Origin: an uncultured Verrucomicrobiae bacterium
Lineage (GTDB): Bacteria > Verrucomicrobiota > Verrucomicrobiia > Chthoniobacterales > UBA10450
DNA: 64,000 nucleotides
Direction: 5' to 3'
Assembly: GCA_963815455.1 (NCBI GenBank)
Contig: CAWFGO010000001.1
Coordinates: forward strand, 544,001-608,000
The translations under genes and the position numbers were made by a program. Each line of letters begins with the position of its first letter. Position 1 is the first letter of the stretch. Of the stretch, positions 30,164 through 41,267 are shown piece after piece. The notes under the pieces were generated by a model that saw only the letters and a list, made by a program, of their open reading frames with translations, did not search any database and was not told the DNA's origin.

Positions 30164-32212
30164 ATGAAAAAAAATACGATATCCAGGCCAGGAGCGCTGC
30201 GGCGCGTCTTTTCAATTCTTCTTCTCGGGAGCGCGGCCGTCGCGGGGATTTACGCCATCGCGCCGTCGGCTGCCATAAACGGTTCGCGTGGCCAGGGCCA
30301 GGAGGTGGCCATGAGCAAAATCATGCCTTGGGTGCTTGAGCATACCGCGGGAGGCAACCAGGCGGAATACATGGTTGTGCTTGCCGATCAGGCCGATCTG
30401 AGCGGGGCGGATGCGTTGCACACAAAAGAAGAAAAAGGGCGCTACGTTCGAGATATTCTTTGGGAAAAAGCCCAGAAAACGCAGGCACCGCTCTTAAAAG
30501 AATTGCGCGATCGCGGGGTCGAGCACCGCTCGTTTTATATCGTCAATATGATCCTGGTGAAGGGTAACTTTGATCTCGCCATGTCGCTGGCTGCTCGGCC
30601 TGACGTTGCCCGCATCGAGGGCAATCCTGTGATCCGGAACGTTCAAAACCCGCTCCCGGTGGGAAGAATTAGCTATCAGCCAGACGTACCCAACACCGCC
30701 GAGGCTGGAATTACTTATACGAAGGCTCCGCTGGTCTGGGCAACTGGCAACACCGGCCAGGGGGTGGTCATCGGCGGCGCCGATACCGGTTACCGTTGGA
30801 CGCATAATGCGCTCAAGAACCACTACCGCGGCTGGGATGGTGTTACTGCCAACCATAATTACAACTGGCATGACAGCATTCACGTCGCGAACACCAGTTG
30901 TGCAGGGAATTCGCCCGAACCCTGCGACGATAACAACCATGGCACGCACACGATGGGAACGGCAGTCGGCGACGATGGCGCGGGCAATCAAGTTGGCATG
31001 GCGCCGGGCGCAAAATGGATTGGCTGCCGGAACATGAATCAGGGCGCCGGCACGCCGGCTTCATATACAGAATGCTTTGAATTTTTCCTGGCGCCATACC
31101 CCGTGGGCGGCACTCCGGCTCAGGGCGATCCGAGTAAAGCGCCGGATATCACAACCAACTCTTGGAGCTGTCCCACAACGGAAGGTTGTTCGGCCGCAAC
31201 TCTGCAAGCCGGAGTCGCAGCACAACGCGCTGCCGGCATCATGATGGTCGTAGCCGCGCAAAATGGCGGCCCGACCTGTTCTACGGTTGTCGATCCTCCC
31301 GGAATCTACGAGGAAGCTTATTCAGTGGGCGCGTTAACCACCGGCACCGATAACCTGGCTTCGTTCAGCAGCCGCGGGCCGGTCACAGCGGATGGCAGCA
31401 ACCGAATCAAACCGGATATCGCCGCGCCAGGGACGAGCACGCGCTCCTGTATTGCCACCAGCGATACCGCTTACAGCAGCAACTTTAGTGGCACATCAAT
31501 GGCCACACCGCACGTGGCCGGCGGAATTGCCTTACTTCTTTCGGCACGGCCCACACTACGGCACGACATTGCCATGATTAGAACAGTCATGAACAATTCT
31601 GCTTTTCATATTAACTCGAGTTCCTGCAGTAGCTCCGGAACGTATCCCAACAATCTCTTCGGCTATGGCCGCATCGACGCGAAAGCGGCGGTAGATGCTT
31701 TGCTTCTGATCGGCGCCGTCTCGCGCAAAACTCATGGCGGAGCGGGCGCCTTTGATATTCCATTGCCTCTTTCGGGCGCGCCGGGGGTGGAATGTCGCAA
31801 CACCGGCGGGAGTTACACGATTGTCCTCACGTTTGGAAACAGCGTGGTCGCCGGAAATGCGACTGTCACCAGCGGCACAGGCAGCGTTTCGGGCAGCCCG
31901 ACATTTTCGGGCAACACTATGACGGTGAATTTAACTGGCGTCGCAGATGTCCAGAAAATTACGGTCACATTGCAAGGCGTGACCGACACCATGGCGCAGA
32001 CGCTGGCCGATACGCCGGTTAGCATGAACGTGCTGGTCGGCGACACGAGCGGAAACAAGATCGTGAACGCCTCGGACATCGCGCAAGCCAAGGGCCAGGC
32101 GGGAGCGCCGGTTACGGCAGCTAATTTCCGCGAGGATGTAAACGGGGATGGTGGAATCAGCGCCTCCGACGTCTCTCTGGTGAAATCCCACAACGGGAAT
32201 AGCGTGCCGTAG
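30164..32212 (+). CDS. Secreted S8 subtilase with C-terminal SRKTHG + dockerin-like module
   Basis: Triad ADTG, HGTHTMG, GTSMATPHVAG; module from about 31712. Confidence 0.92.
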   Translation: MKKNTISRPGALRRVFSILLLGSAAVAGIYAIAPSAAINGSRGQGQEVAMSKIMPWVLEHTAGGNQAEYMVVLADQADLSGADALHTKEEKGRYVRDILWEKAQKTQAPLLKELRDRGVEHRSFYIVNMILVKGNFDLAMSLAARPDVARIEGNPVIRNVQNPLPVGRISYQPDVPNTAEAGITYTKAPLVWATGNTGQGVVIGGADTGYRWTHNALKNHYRGWDGVTANHNYNWHDSIHVANTSCAGNSPEPCDDNNHGTHTMGTAVGDDGAGNQVGMAPGAKWIGCRNMNQGAGTPASYTECFEFFLAPYPVGGTPAQGDPSKAPDITTNSWSCPTTEGCSAATLQAGVAAQRAAGIMMVVAAQNGGPTCSTVVDPPGIYEEAYSVGALTTGTDNLASFSSRGPVTADGSNRIKPDIAAPGTSTRSCIATSDTAYSSNFSGTSMATPHVAGGIALLLSARPTLRHDIAMIRTVMNNSAFHINSSSCSSSGTYPNNLFGYGRIDAKAAVDALLLIGAVSRKTHGGAGAFDIPLPLSGAPGVECRNTGGSYTIVLTFGNSVVAGNATVTSGTGSVSGSPTFSGNTMTVNLTGVADVQKITVTLQGVTDTMAQTLADTPVSMNVLVGDTSGNKIVNASDIAQAKGQAGAPVTAANFREDVNGDGGISASDVSLVKSHNGNSVP

Positions 32213-32326
32213 CGGACTGGTGACCGGCTAACAAGACAGCCGTGGATCTGGAGCGCTGATATTCGGAATTCGGATGTCGATGCTGCTGCCAGTTGCTGTC
32301 TGGCTTGTGCCGTTACATGTATTGAG

Positions 32327-33559
32327 GTGACTCGAATCGCGATCGCAGGCGGCGGCGCTGCCGGATTTTTTGCCGCGATCGCAGCCGCTCGGGCGAATCG
32401 CCAATGCGAAGTTTCGTTGTTCGAACGCGGCTCGCAGTTCTTATCCAAGGTACGCATCTCAGGCGGGGGTCGCTGCAATGTCACCCATGCCCTGTTCGAT
32501 CCGCGAATGTTTACCACCCATTATCCGCGCGGCGAACGCGAGCTGATCTCGCCCTTCCACCGGTTTTCAGCAGACAACACCGTTGCCTGGTTTGAATCGC
32601 GCGGCGTTCGCCTCAAACGCGAAGACGACGGGCGAATGTTTCCCGTGACCGATTCATCACAGACGATCATCGATTGCTTGATTAAAGAGGCAAAGGACGC
32701 AGGCGTTCGACTTTTCACCCGCAAAGGCATCGACAGTGCGCATGTCCGAGCAACGGGCAAGTTCGAATTGAAATTCAGCGATGGCGAATCGATGGCCTGC
32801 GACCGTCTGCTCCTTGCCACCGGCGGATGCCGCAGCGTTGGTGGCGTCGAGCTCGCGCGATCGCTCGGTCACACTGTCGAGCCGCCGGTACCTTCGCTCT
32901 TTTCGCTTCATGCGCCCGCGCCGTGGCTGCGCGCGTTGCCCGGGATAACTGTGAGCAATGTGGAATTGTCGGTGGAAAAATTGCGCGAACGCGGGCCGTT
33001 GCTTGTTACGCACAACGGAATTAGCGGACCCGCCGTGCTGCGCCTTTCGGCATGGGGCGCTCGAAGCTTGCACGAAAAAGGCTATCGCTTCCCCCTGCGG
33101 ATAAACTGGATTCCGGGAATGAACGAGGCGGAACTTCGGGCCGAGTTCTACGCGCGGAGAGAGACAGAACCCAATCGACGAGTAAGCAACTCGCCCGTCG
33201 GCGCACTTCCGGCGCGACTATGGGAAAGCCTGGTCGCGAATGCTGGAATTCCTTCGCAAACAATTTGGACCTCGCTTACGCGCGCCGACATGAATAAACT
33301 GGTCCGGCAATTGCGCACGACGGAGATCGAGATCGACGGAAAATCTCTCAACAAAGACGAGTTCGTCACTTGCGGCGGCGTGCGTTTGCGCGAAATCAAT
33401 TTCAAAACCATGGAAAGCCGAATCACACCGAATCTCTATTTTGCCGGAGAACTGCTCGACATCGACGGCCTCACCGGTGGGTTCAATTTCCAAGCCGCCT
33501 GGACAACCGGATGGATCGCGGGTCACGCCATGGCCGGCGTCGAACCAAGTTTGACCTAA
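32327..33559 (+). CDS. HI0933/YhiN (BaiN-like) flavoprotein
   Basis: GGGAAG, KVRISGGGRCNVT, DIDGLTGGFNFQAAW. Confidence 0.92.
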   Translation: MTRIAIAGGGAAGFFAAIAAARANRQCEVSLFERGSQFLSKVRISGGGRCNVTHALFDPRMFTTHYPRGERELISPFHRFSADNTVAWFESRGVRLKREDDGRMFPVTDSSQTIIDCLIKEAKDAGVRLFTRKGIDSAHVRATGKFELKFSDGESMACDRLLLATGGCRSVGGVELARSLGHTVEPPVPSLFSLHAPAPWLRALPGITVSNVELSVEKLRERGPLLVTHNGISGPAVLRLSAWGARSLHEKGYRFPLRINWIPGMNEAELRAEFYARRETEPNRRVSNSPVGALPARLWESLVANAGIPSQTIWTSLTRADMNKLVRQLRTTEIEIDGKSLNKDEFVTCGGVRLREINFKTMESRITPNLYFAGELLDIDGLTGGFNFQAAWTTGWIAGHAMAGVEPSLT

Positions 33560-33576
33560 TTCAATGCCTATCGTGT

Positions 33577-33630
33577 TGTAGCCACGTCGCTGTGCGACGT
33601 GCGCGCACGGCCCGCAGGGCCGTGGCTACA
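33577..33630. repeat. GTAG-type REP pair
   Basis: tgtagccacg...cgtggctaca perfect 10-bp termini, each arm with an internal hairpin. Confidence 0.8.
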
Positions 33631-33638
33631 GCGAAAAT

Positions 33639-34085
33639 ATGAATCGTAATCTACTTCTGGAAAAACGCGCGGTCGCCGACGTGCGACAAGTATATTCCGA
33701 TCTGGCGCGGAGACCGATCGAGCGCAACTGCGTGCGCAAAACCGAATGTTGCCATTTCAAACTCACCGGGCGCACACCCTATCTGACGAAAGGCGAAGCA
33801 GTCGTTGCGGCAAAAGCGCTTCGCGCCACCGGGCGCAAATCACTCCCGGAAAATCCGAGTGGCGCGTGTCCGATGCTCGAATCAATCACCGGCAACTGCC
33901 TGATCTATGAAGATCGACCATTCGGCTGTCGCACGCATTTTTGCGCCGCTGCCGGTGGACCGGTCGCCCGCCGAGAGGTTCTCGATCTTGTCCGGCGTCT
34001 CGAAGATGTCGATGTTACCCTAAAGGGAAGCGGCCCGAGAATTTTTCACAACGCGATTGCCGATGCGCTCGAAGAGATTCAGTAG
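33639..34085 (+). CDS. YkgJ-family cysteine-cluster protein
   Basis: C-x4-CC, CPML, CLIYEDRPFGCRTHFC. Confidence 0.85.
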   Translation: MNRNLLLEKRAVADVRQVYSDLARRPIERNCVRKTECCHFKLTGRTPYLTKGEAVVAAKALRATGRKSLPENPSGACPMLESITGNCLIYEDRPFGCRTHFCAAAGGPVARREVLDLVRRLEDVDVTLKGSGPRIFHNAIADALEEIQ

Positions 34086-34097
34086 GCAGACCCGACG

Positions 34098-34871
34098 TCA
34101 AGGGCGTTGATGGAACGCCTTTGTTAACCAGCTCATAGCCTGATCGGCGACTTGCGGTGAAACGCTATGTCCTCCACTGAATTCTCGAAAATCGACATCG
34201 TATCCATTCTTCCGCAGCGACGTGACGAAAACCCGGCTGGACGTCGCGATCGGCAAGACATTATCGCCGAGGCCATGTGCTATAAAGAGCGAAGGTCTTC
34301 CGCGTCCCTGGGCCCTGACGATAAAACCGGGTGAGAATGCGATGACGTAACCGAACACATCGCCGTTGGCCAGACCGAGCGAGAGCGCGTAGGACGCACC
34401 GTCGGAAAATCCTCCGATGGCCAGCCGATTGCGATCGATGTTGCATCGAGCAAACGCCGCTTCCAAAGCGCGATTGATCGCCAGATAATCGTATCCCCAG
34501 TTTTTTGGTCCCGTGCCCCAGCTCTGCCCGGGCGCCTCCGGGGCGAGAATGATGAACCGCCCCTTCTCCGCATACGCGGCATACGACCCCGGTGCCTGAG
34601 CGTGACCGCCAGCGAACCACTCCGAAGCGCTTCCTCCGGATTTGTGCAACAAGACAAGCGAGCGCAGCGCTTCGCTCAGGCGATAACTAGATGGAACGTA
34701 AAGAAGTCCTTTTGTGCCACTGAGCTTTTGCAATCCAGTCGCAGCCGCCGTTTGCGGCGCTGTCTGCGGCGGAAGCACGATTCTTCCAGGTTCCGTGCTT
34801 GCGGCGAAGATTGCCGCTGCACTCAAGCAATTGGCGAGCGCGAAGGCAATCAACGCGCGAGTAATCTTCAT
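34098..34871 (-). CDS. Secreted alpha/beta hydrolase (phospholipase/carboxylesterase-like)
   Basis: GFSDGAS nucleophile motif, HGLGD, GGH. Confidence 0.85.
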   Translation of the reverse strand: MKITRALIAFALANCLSAAAIFAASTEPGRIVLPPQTAPQTAAATGLQKLSGTKGLLYVPSSYRLSEALRSLVLLHKSGGSASEWFAGGHAQAPGSYAAYAEKGRFIILAPEAPGQSWGTGPKNWGYDYLAINRALEAAFARCNIDRNRLAIGGFSDGASYALSLGLANGDVFGYVIAFSPGFIVRAQGRGRPSLFIAHGLGDNVLPIATSSRVFVTSLRKNGYDVDFREFSGGHSVSPQVADQAMSWLTKAFHQRP

Positions 34872-34885
34872 AACCTGCCCACTAT

Positions 34886-36202
34886 TCACTGATCGAAAGA
34901 AGGCTCGGAGTCATTCTTAGGCGAGAGCAGCTTCTGTTTCTCCTCACTTGTGAGAGAACTGCTCGCAATCCAGCCGCGAGCCGCGTCGGGTTCATTTGCC
35001 AGCCACTGCTGGACAACGCCTTCGACGACGTTCGTTCGCAATTCGGTGTCTTGCATCAGCAGGGCTAACGAAAGGGAGTCCTGCGGTGAAATTGTTTTGG
35101 CGTTTCCGATGGCCGCCCGGATGGCTGTATCCCGAATGTCCCCCTGCAGCGAGCTGATCCAGGTTGATGCTTCCTTAAAATTCATCTCTGCCCAGACTGC
35201 TGCCAGACCCACCGCGGCAGTGCTTTGATCAGCTTCAGTAAGATTACCGAACCAGCGCGCGGCGGCTACTGGATCCTTATTCGCCCATCGCGCTGCGAGC
35301 TTGCTTGTGGCTCCTGCTCTCGCTTCAGAAGATGAAATCCCGCGCACCCAGTTCGCTGCTTTATCGGGCGATTGATCAAACAATGAATGAACCGCAACTC
35401 CTAAAACGACGCTGTCGGACGCGCTAGGCTCATCCGGATGACTAGCGATGTATGCAGCAGCCGCATCAATGTCTCTTTCGCACCAACCGCGAATTACGTA
35501 GGTAAGCAATGTATCCGCCCCTTCTACATGCAATTGTTGTTGTCGGTTTGCCCATGCAATGGCTGCGCTTGGATCGACTGTAGCCCAAGAGAACGCAATC
35601 TCTTGCCCGGCGGAAGCAAGAGCGTTTCTTGTATCGCTACCAAGGCTATCCAGAAAATTCGCAGCCGCTGGCGCGTCAGTTTCCGACCAGTGCGCAATTA
35701 GCGTCGACAAAAACCGGCCGCGAGATGTATTTGGGAATTCTGGATCAGGGTTGGCCAAGAGGTACTTCGCCAGTTCTGGGGAATCGTACGGCGAAACAGA
35801 ATTTACGACCGTATTGATGGCGGTTAATCTGAGCTTCGCGTCTTTGAGCCCAAGCGCGCTTTGAAGGGCTTTTTTCCCGTCAAGTTCGGACCAAGCTTGA
35901 AAGAATACGGCCGTGGCTGCATGAGTGGGGCCATTGTAGCGCAAGTCATCGAACTTTCGTACTAATGCCGTTATCTGCTCCGGGGTCGCGCGGGAGAGGA
36001 CTTGGTACAGTTCAGATGGCGGGACCGAGCCGATCTTGTCCACTCGCATTTGCGAGATGTCGCTGGCACTGAGATCGCGTTGGCGACTGACTTGGCCTCG
36101 ATCAGCTCGCGCGCTTTGCGTTGGCGCCGAATCGGACGAAACCTTTCCGTGCCGGACTCGAAGATCGATGACCAACACGATGATTGTGACTAACGCTATC
36201 AT
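34886..36202 (-). CDS. Membrane-anchored helical-repeat hypothetical protein
   Basis: N-terminal TM; recurrent W-x3-D-P-x-A-A-x2-W repeats. Confidence 0.7.
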   Translation of the reverse strand: MIALVTIIVLVIDLRVRHGKVSSDSAPTQSARADRGQVSRQRDLSASDISQMRVDKIGSVPPSELYQVLSRATPEQITALVRKFDDLRYNGPTHAATAVFFQAWSELDGKKALQSALGLKDAKLRLTAINTVVNSVSPYDSPELAKYLLANPDPEFPNTSRGRFLSTLIAHWSETDAPAAANFLDSLGSDTRNALASAGQEIAFSWATVDPSAAIAWANRQQQLHVEGADTLLTYVIRGWCERDIDAAAAYIASHPDEPSASDSVVLGVAVHSLFDQSPDKAANWVRGISSSEARAGATSKLAARWANKDPVAAARWFGNLTEADQSTAAVGLAAVWAEMNFKEASTWISSLQGDIRDTAIRAAIGNAKTISPQDSLSLALLMQDTELRTNVVEGVVQQWLANEPDAARGWIASSSLTSEEKQKLLSPKNDSEPSFDQ

Positions 36203-36346
36203 TGCGTTAATCGTCGTCGCCAGGCGCCAATTCGTTTTCGTGCCTCGAAAACTAACACAGACCCAGGCGGCGAAACAATGCCGCTGAGCGAATAACTTTT
36301 GACCTAGAACGAAACGCCCGCGTGCGTTCGAGTTGGCAGAACCGAT

Positions 36347-38107
36347 TTACTTCTTCTTCGATTCCTTCTTCTCGCGCTTGGATTCTTTCGCTTCTTTCTC
36401 TTTCGGCTCCTTCGGCTCTTTGGCAGCTTTCTTGGATTCACCGGGGCGATATTCTTCCTGCTCGGCGGCGGCGAAGGCTTTCTCCAGACCCACCATGTCT
36501 TCGCCGGGCCGGAGCGTGTCGAAGGTCTCGGCTTCCTTGCGCAATTGTTCTTCGGTGTAGTTGGCGGCCTTGATCGATAGCCCGATCCGGCGCTCGACTT
36601 TGTCCACCTTGATGACCCGTGCTTCGACCTCCTGGCCGACTTTGAGCACGTCTTTTACTTTGGCCACGCGTTCTTCGCTCAATTGCGAGATGTGAACGAG
36701 GCCGTCGATGTCGTCCTGTAATTGCACGAACGCGCCGAAGCTGGCCAGCTTGGTCACTTTGCCCGTCACCAGATCGCCGATCTTGTATTTCTGATCGATG
36801 TTCTTCCACGGATCTTCGCTCAGTTGCTTGATGCCGAGACTGATCCGCTGGTTCGTCTTGTCGATGTCGATGACTTCGGCCTCGACCTCGTCACCCTTCT
36901 TAAACATTTCGCTCGGGTGATTGATCTTGCGGGTCCAGCTCAAGTCGGACACGTGGATCATGCCGTCGATCCCTTCATCAAGCTCCACGAACGCGCCGTA
37001 AGCGGTCATGTTGCGGATCTTGCCCTTCACGTGGCTGCCGATGGTAAACTTCTTCTCGATCTCGTCCCACGGGTTCGTTTCCAACTGACGCAGCCCTAAT
37101 GAAATTTTCTGCTCTTCCTTGTTCACACCGAGCACAACAGCTTCGACTTCCTGGCCGGTGGTCAAAATATCCGACGGGCGCAGAATTCGTTTTGTCCAGG
37201 AAAGTTCGGAAACGTGGATGAGCCCCTCGACGCCTTCTTCCAATTCCACAAACGCGCCGTAGGGAACGATGTTGGTGATCTTGCCTTTGACCTTCTGACC
37301 GGCCGGGAATCGCTCTTCAATCTGGTCCCACGGATTCTTCTGGGTCTGTTTCAGGCCTAACGAAACACGTTCTTTCTCCTTGTTGATATCGAGCACCACG
37401 ACTTCGAGTTGCTGACCGACTTTCAATAGCTCGCTCGGATGCCCGAGCCGGCCCCAGGTCATGTCGGTGATATGAAGCAGGCCGTCCATGCCATCGAGAT
37501 CGATGAACGCGCCGAAGTCGGTGAGATTTTTCACTGTCCCCGTTACCCGGTCGTTGACGTTTACGCCTTCCATGAATTTTTGGCGCTTCTCGCTTCGCTC
37601 CTGCTCGATCAATTCGCGCCGGCTCAGGACCACGTTGCGACGGTCGTCGTTGATCTTGACGATTTTGAAATCGTAGGTGTTGCCCACGAACTGCTGCAAA
37701 TCTTTCGGCGGCACGATGTCGATCTGCGACGCCGGCAAAAAGGCTTCCACGCCGATGTTCACCATGAGCCCGCCTTTAACGACCGATTTCACCTTGCCTT
37801 TAATCAGGCCGTCGGCCTCAAACACGCCCGCGATCTTGTTCCAATTCTGCCGATAAGCGGCTTTTTCCTTGGAGAGAACGACCATTCCCTCATCGTTCTC
37901 GAGGCGCTCCAGGAGCACGTCCACTTCGTCGCCTACTTCGAGATGCTCGACATCTTCAAACTCCGAGATCGAAATGATGCCTTCCGATTTGTAACCGATG
38001 TCCACCAGCACCTCGCGTGGGCGAACCTCGAGAATACGGCCTTTAACGATACTTCCCTCGCGGAAGTCCGGCATCGGCTTCGACATAACATCCTGCATTT
38101 GCACCAT
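36347..38107 (-). CDS. rpsA: 30S ribosomal protein S1
   Basis: Six S1 repeats (GAFV/GLxHxS); GAAGGAGG upstream of ATG 38107. Confidence 0.97.
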   Translation of the reverse strand: MVQMQDVMSKPMPDFREGSIVKGRILEVRPREVLVDIGYKSEGIISISEFEDVEHLEVGDEVDVLLERLENDEGMVVLSKEKAAYRQNWNKIAGVFEADGLIKGKVKSVVKGGLMVNIGVEAFLPASQIDIVPPKDLQQFVGNTYDFKIVKINDDRRNVVLSRRELIEQERSEKRQKFMEGVNVNDRVTGTVKNLTDFGAFIDLDGMDGLLHITDMTWGRLGHPSELLKVGQQLEVVVLDINKEKERVSLGLKQTQKNPWDQIEERFPAGQKVKGKITNIVPYGAFVELEEGVEGLIHVSELSWTKRILRPSDILTTGQEVEAVVLGVNKEEQKISLGLRQLETNPWDEIEKKFTIGSHVKGKIRNMTAYGAFVELDEGIDGMIHVSDLSWTRKINHPSEMFKKGDEVEAEVIDIDKTNQRISLGIKQLSEDPWKNIDQKYKIGDLVTGKVTKLASFGAFVQLQDDIDGLVHISQLSEERVAKVKDVLKVGQEVEARVIKVDKVERRIGLSIKAANYTEEQLRKEAETFDTLRPGEDMVGLEKAFAAAEQEEYRPGESKKAAKEPKEPKEKEAKESKREKKESKKK

Positions 38108-38247
38108 AATATAAAAAAGGCCTCCTTCGGGCACAGCGACGCTCTCATCGAACGCCGATTTTTCCGCGTAGATTAACCGGGCGGAAACGGGGAGCCCAAA
38201 GTAGGCGCTTTCGCCATGGGCGTCAACCTGGATAAGCGCAGTCAATA

Positions 38248-38279
38248 TTGAGGGTTGGACGTTGAGCGTTGGGCGTTTT
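38248..38279. repeat. Solo heptamer array of the same family as 16589-16626
   Basis: tt gagggtt ggacgtt gagcgtt gggcgtt tt. Confidence 0.8.
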
Positions 38280-38298
38280 CCCCTTACGTTGAATAGCT

Positions 38299-38862
38299 AT
38301 GTCGATCCTCCGGTTATTGATCTTCCGTGCATCGATCTGCACTGGGCTGGTGGCAGGGAGCTTTAGTCCCGTCAGCGGCCAGGACGAATTGGACAGAGAT
38401 CTCGTGCCCAAGCCCTCGACGGAACAAGAGCTTCTCCAGGCAATCAAATCGCCAGAACTAAGTGTCGTTCATCTTTGGGCGCCGTGGTGCTCAAATTGCC
38501 AGACCGAACTCAAGAGCGGCGGCTGGTCTAAAATGGTCGCGGAGAATCCGCAGGTGAAATTCTATTTCGTTTCGGTTTGGAACGGCGGCGACAACGGACG
38601 AGCCATGTTGAAGAAGTTCGGGATCGCGAATCAACCAAACGTCGCGATTCTGGCCGACCCGGGTCCGCGACGCGGCGATAATAAGATCAAGCAATTTGCC
38701 GGGTTACCGTTCTCATGGATTCCGACGACGTGGATCTATAAAGGCGGCGATCTCTTCTATGCGCTCAATTATGGCGAAGTGCGGTTCCCGGTGCTCCAGC
38801 AATTTCTTGAAGACAGCAAATCGGAATGGTCGCACAAGGGCGAACCGAAACTCGAAGAATGA
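38299..38862 (+). CDS. Exported thioredoxin-like (TlpA-type) protein
   Basis: WAPWCSNC, IPTT, signal peptide. Confidence 0.85.
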   Translation: MSILRLLIFRASICTGLVAGSFSPVSGQDELDRDLVPKPSTEQELLQAIKSPELSVVHLWAPWCSNCQTELKSGGWSKMVAENPQVKFYFVSVWNGGDNGRAMLKKFGIANQPNVAILADPGPRRGDNKIKQFAGLPFSWIPTTWIYKGGDLFYALNYGEVRFPVLQQFLEDSKSEWSHKGEPKLEE

Positions 38863-39711
38863 CGGCGGCAACTGTTTCGCCGAGCAGCGCCAAAGTGAAG
38901 TTTCGCCTGGCCGGCGGAGCGCAGCCTCTGATTCTCTTGCCGGTCCACATCAACGGCGAGCGGGCCGTTCGACTTCATTCTCGATACCGGCGCGGGAACA
39001 TCGCTGCTTTCGTTGGAATCGGCCAAACAACTCGATCTCAAAACGATCGGTTCCAAACAAGGACAGAGCGCAGGCGGCAAGGTTTCCGTGTCGCTCGCGA
39101 AAGTGCACTCTCTCGCCGTCGGCAGCACGAAGCTCGCCGATGTCGATGTTGGAATTGTCGATCTTGCCCACATCGGTAAGACCATCGGCGCCAGGATCGA
39201 CGGCGACCTCGGTTACAATTTCCTCAAACATTTCCGGATCACCATCGATTACCAAGCCTGCGAGATTCGCCTGGATGATCCGAAGCGGATCGAAAGTTTC
39301 GGGCGCGCCGCGATCACGGAGGTCCCGATTCGTCTGGCCAGTCCGGCCAAACCGCTGGTCCTGGTCGATGTTTACGCAAATGGCGCGCGGGCCGTTTCAA
39401 TTCGCCATCGACACCGGAACATCGACCAGCGCGATCACGCCGGAGCTGGCGAGACAATTGGATATCGAAGAGTTCGCCCATTGGACCGGCCACCACCGGC
39501 GGCGCGCATGTCGATGTGACCGCCGGCGCCATGCGCAGTCTTCCAAGTCGGCGACGCCAGGATCGACAATTTTGCTGTCGTGATTGCCGATTTCTTCGCT
39601 AACTTGAGCCAGGTAGTTGGCGCGAAGCTCGACGGCATCGTCGGCTACAATTTCCTGCGTAATTACAAAGTCGTGATCGATTATCCAAATGAAACGCTCA
39701 GCCTGATTTAG
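38859..39711 (+). CDS. Tandem retropepsin-like aspartyl protease (several frameshifts)
   Basis: Two DTG motifs (FILDTGAG near 38975, FAIDTGTS near 39400), each followed by a D-G-x-x-G-Y-N-F-L motif, across shifting frames. Confidence 0.8.
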
Positions 39712-39713
39712 CC

Positions 39714-41157
39714 ATGATCGAAGTCCCGACCGCTCCAACAAGTTCGACAAAGAAATCGCCCGCGATTCTTTCCCTGATCGGCGACACGCCGTTGGTGGAA
39801 ATCACGCAGATCGACACCGGGCCGTGCCAGCTCTTCCTCAAACTGGAAAATCAAAATCCGACCGGTTCGATCAAGGACAGGATTGCGCTTTCCATGATCG
39901 AGGCGGCGGAACACGAGGACAAACTGAAGCCGGGCGGCACGGTCATCGAAGCGACGGCCGGGAACACCGGCCTGGGTCTGGCGCTGGTTGCCGGCGCCAA
40001 GGGTTATCGCGTCCTGCTCGTCATTCCCGACAAGATGTCGCAGGAGAAAATTTCGCACGTCAAAGCGCTCGGCGCGGAAGTGCGGATCACGCGTTCCGAC
40101 GTTACCCGGGGTCATCCGGAATATTATCAGGACGTGGCCGCACGCCTGGCCGAAGAAATTCCCGGCGCGTTTTACGTGAATCAATTCAGTAATCCGGCCA
40201 ATCCCCTCGCCCACGAGCGCAGTACGGGCCCGGAAATCTGGGAGCAGATGCGACACGATGTCGATGCTGTCGTGGTTGGCGTGGGTTCCGGTGGCACGCT
40301 CACCGGTCTGGGCCGGTTCTTCAATCGCGTCAAACCGCGCCGCGGGATCGAAATGATTCTGGCCGATCCCACCGGCTCGGTTCTGTATGAATACGTCAAG
40401 CTGGGCAGGCTGGTTGAGGCCGGCAGTTGGGCGGTCGAAGGCATCGGCGAAGATTTTATTCCCGACATTGCCGACATGTCGCTGGTAACGGATGCGTTTG
40501 AGATCGACGATGCGGAAAGTTTCGCCACGGTGCGCGAGCTGTTGCGACGGGAAGGGATTTTTGGCGGTTCATCCACCGGCACACTGGTCGCCGCGGCGCT
40601 GCGCTATTGCCGCAAGCAAACCAAGCCCAAACGCGTAGTCAGCTTCGTTCCCGATACCGGCAACAAATATCTCTCGAAAATGTATAACGATTTTTGGATG
40701 GCCGAGCAGGGTTTCATTCATCGGCCGTTGCAGGGCGATTTGAGCGATCTGATTTCGCATCGATACGAGGCCGGCGAAGTCATCACCGTTGGGCCGGACG
40801 ATTCGCTGCTGACTGCATTCAAGACGGATGCGCGGCTCGGATATCTCGCAGCTTCCGGTTGTCGATCAAAGCGGGCGGGCGCTGGGCATTGTTGATGAAT
40901 CCGATCTGCTGATGAAAGTCCATCGCGATTCCACGCATTTCAACGACCCGGTCCAGACCGCCATGACCGATCGGCTGGAGACGCTCCCGTCCGATGCGAA
41001 ATTGAAAGATCTGCTCGACGTCTTCGATCGCGGTCGCGTCGCCATCGTAATGGACAACGACAAATTTCTCGGCCTGATCACACGCACCGATTTGCTTTCC
41101 TATTTGCGGTTACACATGCCGAAATCCGCGGCGCCGCCGGAGCGCGAGTACGTATGA
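39714..41157 (+). CDS. Cystathionine beta-synthase with CBS domains (frameshift near 40825)
   Basis: GSIKDRIA PLP lysine, GSGGT, EGIG; C-terminal CBS pair in ORF 40828. Confidence 0.88.
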
Positions 41158-41267
41158 GGTGGATCGTGACCTCCGGGCGCGATGCTGATTAATGCGCCTT
41201 CGGCGCCAAACTTAACAACGCGCTCGGAGATCGCGTTCCACCCATAAGCGATTAAAATTAGATCGAC

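Noticed and set aside
34886..36202. Lower-GC gene as a mobile island
   Set aside because: A single gene with no integrase, att site or flanking repeats.
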